A stretch of 20,000 nt of DNA from the IMG/VR virus record IMGVR_UViG_3300022858_000986; one strand, written 5' to 3'. A program made the translations under genes and the position numbers. Source of the DNA: an uncultured virus (IMG/VR IMGVR_UViG_3300022858_000986) (taxonomy: Duplodnaviria; Heunggongvirae; Uroviricota; Caudoviricetes). The first letter of the stretch is position 1, and every line of letters starts with the position of its first letter. Below the pieces are notes generated by a model. That model saw only the letters and a list, made by a program, of their open reading frames with translations, was not told the origin of the DNA and searched no databases. Positions 18,248-20,000 of the stretch are shown one piece after another.

Positions 18248-19234
18248 ATGAAAAGATGTAAAATTTGTAGTGCAAAATTAGTAAGCTTTATTGATTACAA
18301 AAAACAGCCAAGTAAAGCACAACATTTGCCGAACATGAAAATGTTACAAAGTGATTTTGATATTCCATTACATATTTTTGAATGTACTGGATGCGGAACT
18401 GTACAGCTTGTAACAGATCCAGTATCGTATTATTCTCAAGCGATTAGGTCGCCAGATTGGAATATAAACCCCTTTAGAAAAAAACAACGTAGTAAATTTA
18501 TTAAAGAATTTGAACTTGAAAATAAAATAATTAAACAAATTAATAGAGAACCAAAAGAAGACAGTTATGATGCTTTTACAATGTTTAATTATTTAGAACA
18601 TTTCCCATCTCCAAAAGATACATTGAAACAAATTTGCAACAACCTAAATGATAATGGGGTAGGCATTGTTGAAGTACCTAATTTTGATGAAATCATTCGT
18701 GACCGTATTTTTGGCGAATTCATTATTGACCATTTATTTTATTTTACAGAAAAAACTTTAAGATTTGTTTGCGAAGCAAGTGGGTTTGATGTTATTAAAA
18801 TAGAAGAAATTTGGAATGGAGCAAGTTTATCCGCAACAGTAAAAAAGCGTCCGTTATTAAAGCCAATATTGTTTAGAGAAAACGAAATAGAACTAATTGG
18901 AGATATTGATAATTTTGCAAATCAATTTAAGTCGGTAACGTTTTGAGGTGCAGGGCATCAAACACTTATGATACTTTCAATGATGAAAACAATACATAAG
19001 GTATCATACATCGTTGATGATTTTAAGGTAAAACAATTTTTATATACACCCGTTACACATAAGGAAATTTTACCAAGCAATACACTTCTTACAAACCCAA
19101 CTGATGCTATTATAATAATGGTTGGCTGACAATATAAGAATGTTCTTAAACGCCTTAGAAATCTTAATTTAACACAAATGCCAAAAATAGCCTTAATAAA
19201 AAAAGCAACATTAGAGATTTATGAAGATATATAA
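18248..19234 (+). CDS. NDP-sugar C-methyltransferase-like protein (N-terminal Zn site, C-terminal Methyltransf_14-like domain), 328 aa; code 4
   Basis: CKIC...CTGCGTVQL, YDAFTMFNYLEHFPSP, GVGIVEVPN, DHLFYF, F(W)GAGH, IVDD..VKQ..YTP. TGA at 18944 and 19127; TAA 19232-19234. Confidence 0.78.
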
Positions 19235-19252
19235 ATAATATTAGGAGGTTAT

Positions 19253-19540
19253 ATGAGTAAGACAAATTTCACAAGACTTAAAATTAATGACAAAGAAGAT
19301 ATTGGCAAGGTAGTTAAACACGAACTTGACAATGGATTTGACAGACGTACTGGCGAGCAAATGAAATTGCGTGAATATTACATTACGTATGAGGCCACAA
19401 GAACCGTAGAGGACAGTATGGTAGTCGAGGCATACAATGAATGTGATGCGATACATATGGCACGTGAAGAGGTAACGATGTTTGACGATGTTGAAGGCTT
19501 TACAATTGTAGAAATTACAGTGGAGGATTACGATGATTAA
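19253..19540 (+). CDS. Hypothetical acidic protein, 95 aa
   Basis: AGGAGG RBS. YYITYEATRT...VVEAYNECDA weakly recalls DpnD/PcfM-like small phage proteins (unverified). Confidence 0.72.
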   Translation: MSKTNFTRLKINDKEDIGKVVKHELDNGFDRRTGEQMKLREYYITYEATRTVEDSMVVEAYNECDAIHMAREEVTMFDDVEGFTIVEITVEDYDD

Positions 19541-19718
19541 TATGAAAAAATTAACAAATGAAATTGAACAAATTTTGAAACATGCTGGTAAATTAAAAAT
19601 GAATTTTGATTCAAAGTCCGCAATTGATTTTTACACACAAACAATAATGCAAGCGGTTAAGAAGGCAGAACATGACGCAATATTAGAAACAAGTAAGAAA
19701 GCAGAAAGTGGATATTAG
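19533..19718 (+). CDS. Hypothetical protein, 61 aa
   Basis: GGAGG at 19522-19526, 8-nt overlap with the upstream gene, TAG stop. Confidence 0.65.
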   Translation: MINMKKLTNEIEQILKHAGKLKMNFDSKSAIDFYTQTIMQAVKKAEHDAILETSKKAESGY

Positions 19719-19725
19719 TAGGGTA

Positions 19726-20000
19726 ATGAAAGAAAATGTTAAAATAATTGTTGGCAATATTGAAGACCAAGATACTCAAGTAATAGTTAATCCAACAAAT
19801 GCAGAATTAATTTGAGAAGATGAAACCTGTAATGGTGTCATTATGAATAAAGTTGGAATGCAATATTATCATGAATGTGAAAAATTTATTGACAGAAATG
19901 GCCCATTAGATATGAATGAAATATTCTGATGGAGGGGTGGAGATTCGGATGCCGAATTTATATTAAATATTTATCCACCATTTTGGCAGCCAGCTAATTC
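19726..20000 (+). CDS. Macrodomain (Appr-1''-p/ADP-ribose-binding fold) protein, divergent, 3'-truncated by the window edge; code 4
   Basis: VKIIVGNIEDQDTQVIVNPTNAEL...KVG..YYHEC.....NGPL..NE...RGG...AEFILNIYPPFW follows the GDI...IVNAAN..L...AG..L..EC...G.L..G...HAVGP.W template. TGA at 19813 and 19927. Confidence 0.72.

Noticed and set aside
4..19237. TATAAATA (T4 late-promoter consensus) at 4, 3301, 8658, 17091 and 19230
   Set aside because: A handful of hits is roughly what chance gives at this AT content, and three lie well inside genes. The two near gene starts (17091, 19230) are not enough to call promoters.
689..19456. All minus-strand ORFs in the track (for example 1398-1733, 5422-5787, 14788-15375) and off-frame plus ORFs 10022-10231 and 15471-15668
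   Set aside because: They are shadows of well-supported plus-strand genes and show no recognisable motifs.
2..20000. Mass pseudogenisation as the explanation for the fragmented ORFs
   Set aside because: Every interruption I traced is TGA, never TAA, TAG or a frameshift, and catalytic motifs are intact. Random decay would not look like this.
2..20000. TGA as Gly (code 25) or selenocysteine
   Set aside because: The TGAs fall at conserved Trp positions and pair with TGG in the duplicate. They are not at Gly or catalytic Cys sites.
1..20000. tRNA (including a UCA suppressor), rRNA, CRISPR array, integrase or transposase
   Set aside because: Intergenic gaps under code 4 are all under about 70 bp, and I saw no cloverleaf, spaced repeats or recombinase motifs.

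Overview
AT-rich, gene-dense window with every credible gene on the + strand. The standard-code ORF track is misleading because this DNA reads TGA as Trp (translation table 4). I counted by hand about 60 in-frame TGA codons. Many fall at family-conserved Trp positions, and two align with TGG codons in an internal duplication. Under code 4 the window becomes about 23 abutting genes, all ending in TAA/TAG except the last, which runs off the edge. Most belong to a large nucleotide-sugar/glycosylation cluster: GT10 fucosyltransferase, fcl, intein-split gmd, an E1/RfbH-type 3-dehydratase, two further SDR epimerase/reductases, a GT-A-like protein, a TagF-like+GT2 fusion, rfbB/rmlB, DUF5672, a NeuB-SAF-cupin fusion, a YerE-like TPP enzyme, a radical SAM/SPASM protein and a sugar C-methyltransferase-like protein. 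Short phage-style hypothetical genes and a macrodomain gene are interspersed. My best inference is a large recoded phage or virus, but no hallmark virion or replication gene in the window proves this. Other notable structure: a 387-aa intein with a Vsr/DUF559-type endonuclease in the GMD active site, a 900-bp cassette bounded by 48-bp perfect direct repeats that offers rfbB an alternative 3' end, and a 16-bp inverted repeat enclosing one small gene. Family calls come from motif recognition by eye, not database searches.
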